Shown: in pieces, positions 17,094 through 26,814 of the stretch | Position numbering within the stretch: the stretch's first letter is position 1 | Layout of the letters: each line of letters starts with the position of its first letter | Source: Gaiellaceae bacterium | Lineage (GTDB): Bacteria > Actinomycetota > Thermoleophilia > Gaiellales > Gaiellaceae | Direction of reading: 5' to 3' | DNA length: 64,000 bases | Assembly (NCBI GenBank): GCA_035764165.1 | Contig: DASTZS010000028.1 | Coordinates: 20,522-84,521, forward strand | Translations under genes and position numbers: made by a program | Notes under the pieces: model-generated | What the model was told of the DNA's origin: nothing | The model's input: only the letters and a program-made list of their open reading frames with translations | The model's database searches: none

Positions 17094-18743
17094 GTGAGGG
17101 GGAATTTGAGCAGGCTGGCCCTGCCTCTCGCTGCGCTGCTCGTGCTGGTCGCTGCGAGCACTGCAGGCGGAGCATCAAGGGCGGTGACGATGGTCTTCGC
17201 GGGTGCGTCGGATCCGACGTACCTCGATCCGGCGTTGGTGTCGGACGGCGAATCGTTCCGTATCACGGAGCAGGTCTTCGAGGGACTCGTGAAGTTGAAG
17301 CCCGGAACGACGCTCGTCGCACCGGCACTCGCGAAGAAGTGGACCTCGAAGAACGCGAAGGACTGGACGTTCTCGCTGCGACACAACGTGAAGTTCCACG
17401 ACGGCACGCCGTTCAACGCAGCGGCTGTTTGTTACAACTACAACCGCCAGTACAACTTCACGGGCCCATTCCAGGACGGCTCGGCGACGTACTACTGGCA
17501 GACGGTGTTCGGCGGTTTCAAGCACAACGAGAGCGCCGACCTGTCACCGAGTCTCTACGTCGGCTGCACGGCACACGGGAAGTACTCCGTCACGATCCAT
17601 CTCCGGACGCCGTCTGGCCCGTTCCTGCCTGGTCAGGTGATCTCGTCGTTCGCGATTCAGAGCCCGACCGCGCTGAAGAAGTACGGCGCCAACAACGGCG
17701 AGCTGCGCAACGGCACCTTCTATCCAACCGGCTCGTATGCGTTCAGCCATCCGACCGGCACGGGGCCATTCAAGTTCGTGTCGTGGACGGTGGGGGAGAA
17801 GGTGGTGCTGACGGCCAATCCGACGTACTGGGGCCCGAAGCCGAAGCTCAAGACGCTGATCATCCGGCCGATCTCCAACAACTCCGCCAGGCTGCAGGCG
17901 CTGCAGACGGGCGAGGTCCAGGGCTACGACCTGGTCGCGCCGGAGCACATCGGCACGATCCAGTCGAACCCGAAGCTGAAGGTCCTGAACAGGCCGTCGT
18001 TCAACGTCGCGTACGTGACGATCCACCAGGGTCCCGGCTCGCCGATGAACGACCTCAAGGTGCGGCAGGCGGTCGCCTACGGGCTCGATCGTGCTTCGGT
18101 CGTGAAATCCTTCTACTCCGGCCGCGGCCAGGTGGCGAAGGAGTTCGAGCCGCCGCAGCTGTTCGGCTGGACGAACAAAGTCACGCAGTACCCGTACAAC
18201 CCGACGAAGGCGAAGGCACTGCTCAACTCGTCGAGCTGCCACGTGCCCTGCAAGGTCGACTTCTGGTATCCGACCGGTGTCTCCAGGCCATACATGCCTG
18301 ACCCGAAGCGGAACTTCGAAGCGTTTGCGGCCAGCCTCGAGAACTCGGGCTTCAGCGTCACGGCGCACAGCGCGCCTTGGCGGCCGGACTACGTCAAGCA
18401 CGTCAACGACGGCACGGCCGGCGACCTGAACCTGATCGGGTGGACGGGCGACTTCGGCGACCCGGACAACTTCTTGGGCACGTTCTTCCAGACGTTCAGC
18501 CCGCAGTTCGGGTTCCGCAACGCGGCGATCTTCAACATCCTCTCGAAAGCCGAGAAGGAGAAGAGCCTCGCCAAGCGCATCGTGCTCTACAAGCGGGCGA
18601 ACATCATGATCATGAAGTACCTGCCTGCGGTGCCGTACGCGCATTCGCGCCCGGCGCTCGGATTCCAGAAGAACGTCAAGGGCTACATACCCAGCCCGGT
18701 CGGAACGGATCCGTTCGAGGGTGTTTCCATCGGAGGGCAGTAG
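17094..18743 (+). CDS. Peptide/nickel ABC transporter substrate-binding protein (family 5, DppA/OppA-like)
   Basis: I prefer GTG 17094, 5 nt after AAAGGAG. The signal peptide is RGNLSRLALPLAALLVLVAASTAGG, followed by a family-5 SBP body. Confidence 0.85.
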   Translation: MRGNLSRLALPLAALLVLVAASTAGGASRAVTMVFAGASDPTYLDPALVSDGESFRITEQVFEGLVKLKPGTTLVAPALAKKWTSKNAKDWTFSLRHNVKFHDGTPFNAAAVCYNYNRQYNFTGPFQDGSATYYWQTVFGGFKHNESADLSPSLYVGCTAHGKYSVTIHLRTPSGPFLPGQVISSFAIQSPTALKKYGANNGELRNGTFYPTGSYAFSHPTGTGPFKFVSWTVGEKVVLTANPTYWGPKPKLKTLIIRPISNNSARLQALQTGEVQGYDLVAPEHIGTIQSNPKLKVLNRPSFNVAYVTIHQGPGSPMNDLKVRQAVAYGLDRASVVKSFYSGRGQVAKEFEPPQLFGWTNKVTQYPYNPTKAKALLNSSSCHVPCKVDFWYPTGVSRPYMPDPKRNFEAFAASLENSGFSVTAHSAPWRPDYVKHVNDGTAGDLNLIGWTGDFGDPDNFLGTFFQTFSPQFGFRNAAIFNILSKAEKEKSLAKRIVLYKRANIMIMKYLPAVPYAHSRPALGFQKNVKGYIPSPVGTDPFEGVSIGGQ

Positions 18744-18774
18744 GAACTGAGCAGAACGCCGGCGGACGACTGAG

Positions 18775-19782
18775 TTGCTTCGATACGTCGTCCGCCGGCT
18801 ACTGCTGCTGATCCCGATTCTGGTCGGGGTCTCTCTGCTGATCTTCTTCTGGATCAGGGCCCTTCCCGGTAGCCCGGCGGAGGCCCTGCTCGGTGAGCGT
18901 GCGACACCTGCGCTCGTGCAGGCCTACCGGCAGAAGTACGGCCTCAACAAGCCGCTCTGGCAGCAGTACGCCACCTACGTGAAGACGACGGCGGTCGATC
19001 GCGACCTCGGCGTCAGTGTCGCCTCGCACCGAAAGGTCGCGTCCGAGATCCGGCAGCGATTCCCGGCGACGATCGAGCTCTCGATCGCCGCGATGCTCTT
19101 CGCGATCGTCTTCGGGATTCCGCTTGGGTTCTTCGCGGCGAAGCGCTACGGGCACGTCTTCGACCAGTTAACCCTCGTCGGCTCGCTGATCGGGATCTCG
19201 ATCCCGATCTTCTTCCTCGCGATCATCCTCAAGTATCTCTTCGCCGTGCGCTGGCACATCTTGCCGAGCGTCGGCCGGATCGACGTGACGCTCGACGTCA
19301 AGCACCCGACGAACTTCTACATCCTCGACGCGATCATCACGGGGGACTGGAGCACGCTCTGGGACGTCCTCAAGCACCTCGTCCTGCCTGCGATCGCACT
19401 CGGCTCGATTCCGCTGGCCGTGATCACGCGCATCACGCGCGCGTCGGTGCTCGACGTGCAGAACGAGGATTACGTCCGTACCGCGCGTGCCAAGGGGCTC
19501 GCGCCGTACACGGTCGACCGCAGGCACATTCTGCGGAACGCGCTGCTGCCGGTGTCCACGATCATCGGCTTGCAGACCGGGCTGCTGCTCTCGGGCGCCG
19601 TGCTGACCGAGACGGTGTTCGCTTTTCCCGGCATGGGCTCCTGGCTGCGCGATGCGATCTTCAGCCGCGACTACCCGGTGCTCCAGGGCGGGATCCTGTT
19701 CCTCGCGCTCGTCTTCGTCTTCGTGAACCTGATCGTCGACATCTCGTACGCGATCATCAATCCGAGGATCCGCTACTCGTGA
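18775..19782 (+). CDS. ABC transporter permease (DppB/OppB type)
   Basis: 335 aa with the N-terminal MLRYVVRRLLLLIPILVGVSLLIFF signature and a BPD_transp_1 core. Confidence 0.85.
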   Translation: MLRYVVRRLLLLIPILVGVSLLIFFWIRALPGSPAEALLGERATPALVQAYRQKYGLNKPLWQQYATYVKTTAVDRDLGVSVASHRKVASEIRQRFPATIELSIAAMLFAIVFGIPLGFFAAKRYGHVFDQLTLVGSLIGISIPIFFLAIILKYLFAVRWHILPSVGRIDVTLDVKHPTNFYILDAIITGDWSTLWDVLKHLVLPAIALGSIPLAVITRITRASVLDVQNEDYVRTARAKGLAPYTVDRRHILRNALLPVSTIIGLQTGLLLSGAVLTETVFAFPGMGSWLRDAIFSRDYPVLQGGILFLALVFVFVNLIVDISYAIINPRIRYS

Positions 19783-20687
19783 GCATCGCCGAGTTCGAAG
19801 CCACCGAGATCCTCGAGGCGCCGACCGGCGGGCTCTGGAGCGAGGCGCGCTACCGCCTCATCCGGAACCCGACTGCGATCGCGGGAGCGGTGCTCGTGCT
19901 GATCTTCGCCATCGCGGCGATCTTCGCGCCGCTGATCGCGCCGTACGGCCCGCTCGACCAGAACCTCTCGTTGCTGAAGGAAGGCGGTATTCCGCCGGGG
20001 CCTTCGCTGCACCACCTGCTCGGCGTCGATCTCCTCGGCCGCGACGTCTTCACGCGCATCGTCTACGGGGCGCGCTTCTCGCTCCTGATCGGCGTCGTCT
20101 CGGTCGGGATCGGCCTCGCGGTCGGTCTCGTCCTCGGCGCGGTCGCGGGTTACGTGGGCGGCGTCGTCGAGGGCGTGATCATGCGTTGCATGGACGTGAT
20201 GCTCGCGATCCCGGGGCTTCTGTTCGCGATCGGGATCGTGGCGATGCTGGGGCCGGGGCTGTACCAGATCATGGTCGCGATCGGTGTCGTGAACATTCCG
20301 ATCTTTGCGCGCTTGCTCCGCGGCTCCGTGCTCGCCCAGAAGGAAAACGACTTCGTGCTCGCGGCGCGCGCGGTCGGTGTGCGGCGCAGGGTGATCCTCT
20401 TCTCGCACATCCTGCCGAACTCGGTCTCGCCGCTCATCGTGCAGGGTACCCTCGCGATGGCGACGGCCATCATCGACGTGGCCGGTCTGGGCTTCCTCGG
20501 TCTAGGGCCGCAGGACCCCGCGACGCCGGAATGGGGGACGATGCTGACGGACGTGAACGACTACCTCCAGGCCGCCCCGTTCCTCGCGATCATTCCCGGG
20601 CTCGCGATCGTCCTGCTCGTGCTCGGCTTCAATCTGATCGGCGACGGTCTGCGCGAAGCACTCGACCCCAAGCTGCGTGACCGCTAG
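19779..20687 (+). CDS. ABC transporter permease (DppC/OppC type)
   Basis: 302 aa with LLGVDLLGRDVFTRIVYGARFSL. There is a 4-nt overlap with the upstream gene. Confidence 0.85.
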   Translation: MSIAEFEATEILEAPTGGLWSEARYRLIRNPTAIAGAVLVLIFAIAAIFAPLIAPYGPLDQNLSLLKEGGIPPGPSLHHLLGVDLLGRDVFTRIVYGARFSLLIGVVSVGIGLAVGLVLGAVAGYVGGVVEGVIMRCMDVMLAIPGLLFAIGIVAMLGPGLYQIMVAIGVVNIPIFARLLRGSVLAQKENDFVLAARAVGVRRRVILFSHILPNSVSPLIVQGTLAMATAIIDVAGLGFLGLGPQDPATPEWGTMLTDVNDYLQAAPFLAIIPGLAIVLLVLGFNLIGDGLREALDPKLRDR

Positions 20688-21693
20688 CGCACCCCTCCTC
20701 CAGGTCGAAGACCTGCGAGTGGAGTTCACGACGCGCCGCGGGATCGTGTACGCGGTAAACGGCATCTCGTTCGCGATCTCACCCGGGGAGACGCTCGGCA
20801 TCGTCGGCGAGTCCGGCTGCGGTAAGAGTGTCACGTCACTCGCCATCCTCGGCCTGCTCGCGGGAAACGGCCGCGTTCGCTCGGGGCGGGCCATCTTCGG
20901 AGGGCGGGATCTGATTACCCAGAAGGACCGCGCGCTGCGCAAGACGCGCGGTCGTGAGATCGCCATGATCTTCCAGGATCCGATGACCTCGCTGAACCCG
21001 GTCCTGACGATCGGGCGGCAGATCCGAGAGACGCTCGAGACCCACTTCGACATGAGCCGGAAACAGGCCGAGGCACGGGCCGTCGAGCTGATCGACCGCG
21101 TCGGCATCCCGAGCGCCAAGGCGCGGCTCCGCGACTACCCGCACCAGTTCTCGGGGGGGATGCGCCAGCGCGCGATGATCGCAATGGCTCTGGCCTGCGA
21201 GCCGAAGCTCCTGATCGCGGATGAGCCCACCACCGCGCTCGACGTCACGATCCAGGCGCAGATCCTCGACCTGCTCCGCGAGCTCGTCGCCGAGGAGAAC
21301 GCGGCGCTGATCCTGATCACGCACGACCTCGGCGTCGTCGCCGGCATGTGCGAGCGCGTGAATGTGATGTACGCCGGCATGTTCATGGAGACCGGCTCGG
21401 CCGAGCAGCTCTTCGGTTCGCCGCGCCATCCGTACACACTCGGGCTCCTGCAGAGCGTGCCCCGGCTCGACATGGGGCGGCGGGCGCGACTGCATCCGAT
21501 CGAGGGCGCTCCGCCGAACATGCTCAACGCCCCGGCCGCGTGTCCGTTCGCGCCGCGGTGCCGCTACGAGGTCGACCTTTCGACCAAGGAGGTGCCGCAG
21601 CTGGTCGAGATCGAGCCGGGGCACATGGTCGCCTGCTTCAACCCGGTCTCGGTCGACGAATGGAACCGCACGCGAGAAGCGGCGACGGCATGA
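20677..21693 (+). CDS. ABC transporter ATP-binding protein (DppD/OppD type)
   Basis: Walker A GESGCGKS, signature FSGGMRQR, Walker [13 protein letters not shown] and a C-terminal oligopeptide-transporter domain. Confidence 0.9.
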   Translation: MTASAPLLQVEDLRVEFTTRRGIVYAVNGISFAISPGETLGIVGESGCGKSVTSLAILGLLAGNGRVRSGRAIFGGRDLITQKDRALRKTRGREIAMIFQDPMTSLNPVLTIGRQIRETLETHFDMSRKQAEARAVELIDRVGIPSAKARLRDYPHQFSGGMRQRAMIAMALACEPKLLIADEPTTALDVTIQAQILDLLRELVAEENAALILITHDLGVVAGMCERVNVMYAGMFMETGSAEQLFGSPRHPYTLGLLQSVPRLDMGRRARLHPIEGAPPNMLNAPAACPFAPRCRYEVDLSTKEVPQLVEIEPGHMVACFNPVSVDEWNRTREAATA

Positions 21694-22778
21694 CGATCAG
21701 CACGAACGGGGGCGGCCCGCTCGTCGAGCTCGAGCACCTCAAGGTCTACTTCCCGATCAAGAGCGGCATTGTGCTCGACCGCCACGTCGGGGATATCCGC
21801 GCGGTCGACGACGTCTCCCTCACGATCAAACGCGGCGAGACGCTGGGGCTCGTCGGCGAATCGGGCTGCGGAAAGTCAACCGTCGGACGCACGATCCTGC
21901 GCCTCTACAAGCCCACCGCCGGACGTATCCTTTTCGAAGGGCGCGACATCTCCGCCCTTGGAGAGAACGAGCTTCGCCCGTTGCGGCGGCGGATGCAGAT
22001 GGTCTTCCAGGACCCCTACGCGTCGCTGAATCCGCGGCATAGCGTCGGCCGGATCGTCGGCGAGCCGCTCAAGACCCATGGCCTGGCCACGCGGCGTGAG
22101 GCAAACACTCGCGTGCGCGATCTCCTCAAGATCGTCGGTCTTCCCGAAGACGCAGCCGGCCGCTACCCGCACGAGTTTTCGGGCGGACAGAGGCAGCGGA
22201 TCGGTCTGGCCCGGGCGATCGCGGTCAACCCGGACTTCATCGTCGCCGACGAGCCAGTTTCGGCGCTCGACGTGTCGATCCAGGCGCAGATCATCAACCT
22301 GCTCGAGACGCTGCAGGAAGAGTTCGAACTCACGTACCTCTTCATCGCGCACGACCTCGCCGTCGTCCGGCACATCTCGGACCGCATCGCCGTCATGTAC
22401 CTGGGCTGGATCGTCGAGGTGTCGACCGCCGCGGAGCTGTACCAACGGCCGCTGCACCCGTACACGATCTCGCTTCTCTCCGCCGTGCCGATTCCGGATC
22501 CCGTCGTCGAGCGTCAGCGCGAGGCGATCCTCCTCGCAGGCGACCTCCCGAGCCCGGCGAATCCCCCCGCGGCGTGCCGATTCCACACCCGCTGTCCGTT
22601 CGTGCAGCCGACCCGCTGCCGCGAGGAGGTGCCGCCTCTGCGGAAGCTTTCGAGCGGACACGAGGTTGCCTGCCACTGGGCAGAGGAGATCGAAGCCGGG
22701 CGGCTCAGGCCGCGCGAGCGTCCGTCCGTCTTGGAGCCGCCGCTGCCAGAGCCGGTCGAAGAGCCGCCGCTTGTTTGA
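21690..22778 (+). CDS. ABC transporter ATP-binding protein (DppF/OppF type)
   Basis: ATG 21690 overlaps the upstream stop (ATGA). It has [17 protein letters not shown] and [12 protein letters not shown]. Confidence 0.9.
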   Translation: MTISTNGGGPLVELEHLKVYFPIKSGIVLDRHVGDIRAVDDVSLTIKRGETLGLVGESGCGKSTVGRTILRLYKPTAGRILFEGRDISALGENELRPLRRRMQMVFQDPYASLNPRHSVGRIVGEPLKTHGLATRREANTRVRDLLKIVGLPEDAAGRYPHEFSGGQRQRIGLARAIAVNPDFIVADEPVSALDVSIQAQIINLLETLQEEFELTYLFIAHDLAVVRHISDRIAVMYLGWIVEVSTAAELYQRPLHPYTISLLSAVPIPDPVVERQREAILLAGDLPSPANPPAACRFHTRCPFVQPTRCREEVPPLRKLSSGHEVACHWAEEIEAGRLRPRERPSVLEPPLPEPVEEPPLV

Positions 22779-24417
22779 GGATCTGTGCGTACTCGAGCGG
22801 TGCCACGCGCAGCTCCGGCGGCGGGCGGCGGAGAAACGTACCGACGACCAGCAGCTCGTCCAGGTCTTCGGCTCGCACGTGGCTCTGAGCCACAAAGTTG
22901 GACGCGGCCAATCCAGCCTCGACTTCCAGGCGCGCGCCCTCGCCCGGCGGCAGCGTCCGGATCGCGGCGACGCGGCCACCCGCGACGAACACCGCCCGTA
23001 CGAACGTCGGGTCCGCGGCAGGGACGAGCACGCACGCGCGCAGGCGTCGCAGCCGCTCGACTCGCCTCAGCTGCTTGACGAGCTGCTGTAGCGCCTCGAT
23101 GCGGTCGCGCAGGCGCGCCGCATCCTCGTAACGCCGGCAGTCGGCGAGATCGCGGAGTCGCGCCCGTAGCCGTGGGAGCGCGAGCTCAGGACGAGAAAGC
23201 TCCTCCTCGCAGGCCCCGTCGAGCGCGCGACACGCGAGGCGTGCCCGTGCGCGGCTGCGCAGAGGCCCGAGCGGTGTCGGCGTCTGGGTGCAGACGAGCG
23301 TGTCGCCCCGCCGCCGGAGGTACACGTAGCGGTCGGGGCGCGCGCTCCTCGCGTTCGCGACCGGGCGCAGCTCGCGCAGGAGCCGGAGCTCCTCGAGCGC
23401 GGCCTCGAGCTCGGAGCCCGTCACTCGCCACTCGATCCGCTCGAGCGCGCCGAGCGCACCCTCGACCGCCGGTCGCTGGCGATCGGTGCGGAAGTACGAG
23501 CGCAGGCGCGCGCGCAGGTCTCGCGCACGGCCGACGTAGAGCACCTGATCGTGCCGGTCGCGGAAGAGGTAGACGCCGGGAGCAGTCGGCGCGCCGAACG
23601 CGAGCGTCCGCTTCGCGTACACCTTGCGCACGCGAGGAGCAGAGAGATCGACCAGGTCGGCGACGGTGCGTGCGCCGCGCTCTTGCGCCAGGCCGATCAG
23701 CAGCACGAGGATCTCGGCCGTCGCCTGCGCATCGGGGAGCGCGCGGTGGCACGGCCTCGCTTCGGTGCCGAAGAAGTTGGCGAGCGAGGCGAGTCCTGCA
23801 CGGCTCGTCCGTCCGTCCAGCAGGCGACGGGCGAGCCCGACCGTGTCGACGACGGGTCCCGCGAGCCGTGCGCCGGTGAGGCGCTCGGTCTCGCGGTCGA
23901 GGAAGGCGAGGTCGAACCGCGCGTTGTGCGCGACGAGGACAGCGTCGCCGGCGAACTCGAGGAAGCGGCGGACGGCGATGCCCGGGTGCGGCTGCCCGCG
24001 CAGCACGGAGTCGCGCAAGCCGGTGAGATCGCTCACGACCCGGCCGAGCGGCACCCCGGGATCGACGAGCAGCTGGAACTCGTCCGCGAGCTCGAGCTCG
24101 CGCACCCGCACGGCGCCTATCTCGCAGATGTGTGACTGTCCGGGGCGAAGGCCTGTCGTCTCGAGGTCGACGACGACGAAGGTGGCGTGCTCCAGCAGGA
24201 TCTCGGCGCCGGGCGGATCGCTCAGGCCGACCGAATCTCCCCGCCAGGCGAGCCGCGTGTCCTCCGAGACGACCTCTTCGAGGAGTGAACGCGCCAGCCC
24301 CATCGGCACGTGGCGCAGCGCGAACAGCCGGCGCGCCGCCTCCTCGACGTAGACCGGCCCCCGGCGCTCCTCGACGAGCTCGACGAGCCTGTCGGCGGCG
24401 TCCAGGCGGAGCTGCAT
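22705..24417 (-). CDS. DEDD (DnaQ-like) 3'-5' exonuclease fused to a GIY-YIG (UvrC/Cho-like) nuclease domain
   Basis: 570 aa. The exonuclease motifs are [11 protein letters not shown] and [11 protein letters not shown]. The GIY-YIG segment is [29 protein letters not shown]. The architecture resembles mycobacterial Rv2191-type proteins. Confidence 0.8.
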   Translation of the reverse strand: MQLRLDAADRLVELVEERRGPVYVEEAARRLFALRHVPMGLARSLLEEVVSEDTRLAWRGDSVGLSDPPGAEILLEHATFVVVDLETTGLRPGQSHICEIGAVRVRELELADEFQLLVDPGVPLGRVVSDLTGLRDSVLRGQPHPGIAVRRFLEFAGDAVLVAHNARFDLAFLDRETERLTGARLAGPVVDTVGLARRLLDGRTSRAGLASLANFFGTEARPCHRALPDAQATAEILVLLIGLAQERGARTVADLVDLSAPRVRKVYAKRTLAFGAPTAPGVYLFRDRHDQVLYVGRARDLRARLRSYFRTDRQRPAVEGALGALERIEWRVTGSELEAALEELRLLRELRPVANARSARPDRYVYLRRRGDTLVCTQTPTPLGPLRSRARARLACRALDGACEEELSRPELALPRLRARLRDLADCRRYEDAARLRDRIEALQQLVKQLRRVERLRRLRACVLVPAADPTFVRAVFVAGGRVAAIRTLPPGEGARLEVEAGLAASNFVAQSHVRAEDLDELLVVGTFLRRPPPELRVAPLEYAQILKQAAALRPALAAAAPRRTDARAA

Positions 24418-24431
24418 GCCGGCAGCCTAGG

Positions 24432-24445
24432 CGAACATACGTTCG
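24432..24445. promoter_or_regulatory. LexA operator (SOS box) CGAACATACGTTCG
   Basis: GAAC-N4-GTTC palindrome 15 nt upstream of the exonuclease/GIY-YIG start. It lies in the 50-bp gap shared with the divergent antiporter gene. Confidence 0.65.
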
Positions 24446-24467
24446 TCTGCAAGGATCGCCCCGCCAG

Positions 24468-25649
24468 ATGACCCTCTCGCAGCTCGCCCTCACCGTCCTC
24501 CTGCTCGGTGCGCTCGGGCTGCTCGCGGGCCGCCTGGGCATCTCCGCCATCCCTGCCTACCTACTGGCGGGGATCCTGCTCGGCCCGAACGAGCCGCACG
24601 TCACGAGCCTGATCCGGCCCTCGGAGGTGACCGATTTCGTCGCGGAGCTCGGGCTCGTCTTCCTGCTCTTCTTCCTCGGCCTCGAGTTCAGCCTCGAACG
24701 GCTACGGCGTACCGGCCGGCACGTCGGGCTCGGCGGGACCGTCGATCTCGTCGTCAACGGCGCGGCTGGACTTCTCGTCGGGCTCGTCGCCTTCGGCTTC
24801 AGCTTCGGCGCGCTCGTGCTCGCCGCGGCGGTGTACGTCTCTTCGAGCGCGATCACCGTAAAGGGACTGATCGATTTCCGCCGTCTCGCCGACGAAGAGA
24901 CCGACCTCATCCTCGGCATCCTCGTCTTCGAGGACCTCGTCGTTGCGTTCGTGCTCGGCTTCGCGGCTACCGGTGGTGAGACCGGCGCCGCAGCCGTCGG
25001 GAAGGTGGCCAGTGTCGCCGCCTTCGTGCTCGCCTCGCTGGCGGCTTCGCGCTGGCTCTCGCAGCCGCTCGACCGCCTGCTCGACTGGCTGCCGCGCGAG
25101 ATCTTCCTGCTCGCCACCTTCGCCCTCCTCGTCGGGATGGCCGCGCTCGCGAAGGAGCTTGGCCTCTCGGAGGCGATCGGTGCGCTCATGGCCGGCGTCG
25201 TTCTCTCCGAGACGAGCGTGCGCGAGGAGATCGAGGAACGCTTCTTCAGCTTTCGGGATCTCTTCGCCGCGCTCTTCTTCTTCGTCTTCGGTCTCGCGAT
25301 CGATGTCGGCGCGCTCGGACGCCTCGGCTGGCTGCTCGCCCTCGCCGTGCCGCTGACCGTCGTCGCGAAGACGGGCGCCGGCTACCTCGCCGGGATCGTC
25401 GGGCGGTTCTCGCATCGCCAGAGCTTCAACGCCGGCGTCGCCTTGATCGCGCACGGCGAGTTCACGATCATCCTCGCGCAGCTCGCGAGCGGCAACACGC
25501 GCCTCAGCGAGGCCGTCCGCGCGGATCTCACCGCCTTCGTCGGCCTCTACGTCCTCGCCACCGCGACGATCGGGGTGATCCTGATGAAGGAGTCCAAATG
25601 GATCGGCCGCCGTCTGTTCGCAGCCCCTACACTGGCCGCGAGGGATTAG
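24468..25649 (+). CDS. Cation:proton antiporter (CPA2/Kef type)
   Basis: The start is MTLSQLALTVLLLGALGLLAGRLGISAIPAYLLAGILLGP. It is a polytopic Na_H_Exchanger-like membrane protein. Confidence 0.8.
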   Translation: MTLSQLALTVLLLGALGLLAGRLGISAIPAYLLAGILLGPNEPHVTSLIRPSEVTDFVAELGLVFLLFFLGLEFSLERLRRTGRHVGLGGTVDLVVNGAAGLLVGLVAFGFSFGALVLAAAVYVSSSAITVKGLIDFRRLADEETDLILGILVFEDLVVAFVLGFAATGGETGAAAVGKVASVAAFVLASLAASRWLSQPLDRLLDWLPREIFLLATFALLVGMAALAKELGLSEAIGALMAGVVLSETSVREEIEERFFSFRDLFAALFFFVFGLAIDVGALGRLGWLLALAVPLTVVAKTGAGYLAGIVGRFSHRQSFNAGVALIAHGEFTIILAQLASGNTRLSEAVRADLTAFVGLYVLATATIGVILMKESKWIGRRLFAAPTLAARD

Positions 25650-26146
25650 TGCCTGTCGATCTGAAAGAGACTCGCCTGCCCGGCGTCGGCGTCAAGTACG
25701 GCTTTCGCATGTCGGAAGGCGGACGCCTTGCGATCGTGCTGCACAACGACGGCGTCCGCGAGATCTACTTCTTCCGCCATGAGCACGACGAGGAGCCGTC
25801 GGCCGTCATCCGCCTCGACGACGACGAGGCACGCCAGCTCGGCGCCGTCGTCGGCGGCGCGTACGAGCGCCCGAAGATCGTCGAGGATCTCGAGTTTGCG
25901 CTCGGCGAGCTGACGATCGAGTGGGTCCAGGTTCCGGACGACAGTCCGCTGATCGGCAAGACGCTCGCGGAGTGCGGCTTCCGCGCGAAGACGGGTATCA
26001 CCGTGATCGCGATCTTGCGCGAGCCGGAGCCCGTCACCGGTGCGCAGCCCGACGACACCGTCGAGCGCGGCGACACGCTCGTGACGGTCGGGAAGCTCGG
26101 CCAGTACCCCGCATTCCGCAAGTTGTTGGCAGAGGGCACGCTCTAA
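25649..26146 (+). CDS. TrkA-C/KhtT-like regulatory subunit of the antiporter
   Basis: GTG 25649 overlaps the upstream TAG by 1 nt. The N-terminal KhtT-like part is followed by a TrkA-C segment (LIGKTLAECGFRAKTGITVIAILRE...GDTLVTVG). Confidence 0.7.
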   Translation: MPVDLKETRLPGVGVKYGFRMSEGGRLAIVLHNDGVREIYFFRHEHDEEPSAVIRLDDDEARQLGAVVGGAYERPKIVEDLEFALGELTIEWVQVPDDSPLIGKTLAECGFRAKTGITVIAILREPEPVTGAQPDDTVERGDTLVTVGKLGQYPAFRKLLAEGTL

Positions 26147-26151
26147 CTCTC

Positions 26152-26697
26152 GTGGATGTCATCTGCTCGGTCGAGGTGGCGGCCGTCCGTGCCGATCCGC
26201 GTGAAGACGCGGAACGCGTCACGGAGATTCTCCAGGGCGAGCCGGTCCACGTCGACGAGCGGCGTGACGGCTGGGCGCGCATCCGGACGGCGTACGACTA
26301 CCCGGGCTGGGTGCGCGAGGAGGAGATCGCGGGTCTCGACGGCGACGTCGTCGAGCAGGCCTACCGCTATCTCGGCACCCCGTACCTGTGGGGCGGGATG
26401 ACGGAACGCGGCATCGACTGCTCCGGCCTCGTGCACATGGCGTACCGCTGGCTCGGGAGACTCGTCCCGCGGGACGCCGACCAGCAGGAGGAAGCGGGGA
26501 CGCCGGTCGAGGAGGCGGAGCTCCGGCGAGGAGACCTCGTCACGTACGGCGCCGAGGCGGCGACGCACATCGCGTTCTGGCTCGGCGACGGCCGCATCCT
26601 TCACTCCACGCAGCGCGAGGGCGTGGACGGGGTTGTCGAGGAGGCCGAGCCGCCCGATCTCAAGGCTCAGCGCCGGCGACTGATCCGCCTTTCGTGA
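26152..26697 (+). CDS. NlpC/P60 (C40) cell-wall peptidase with N-terminal SH3-like domain
   Basis: GTPYLWGGMTERGIDCSGLVHMAY holds the catalytic Cys, and THIAFWLGDGRILHS the His. Confidence 0.8.
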   Translation: MDVICSVEVAAVRADPREDAERVTEILQGEPVHVDERRDGWARIRTAYDYPGWVREEEIAGLDGDVVEQAYRYLGTPYLWGGMTERGIDCSGLVHMAYRWLGRLVPRDADQQEEAGTPVEEAELRRGDLVTYGAEAATHIAFWLGDGRILHSTQREGVDGVVEEAEPPDLKAQRRRLIRLS

Positions 26698-26814
26698 GCC
26701 AACGTACTAACGGCGGAGACCGAAAGGCGTCTGTAACAATCAACGATCCGCGCGCGGACGAGGGGGGTTCGGGTTCCCGCCCGCCGTGGCAGACCCAACG
26801 GGAGGAGTTGCATA

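Noticed and set aside
22705-22778. 74-nt convergent overlap between the OppF-type ATPase gene and the exonuclease/GIY-YIG gene as a regulatory antisense arrangement.
   Set aside because: Both overlapping tails are low-complexity extensions (Pro/Glu-rich and Ala/Arg-rich). They are most simply explained by late stop codons in GC-rich DNA. Nothing else suggests function.
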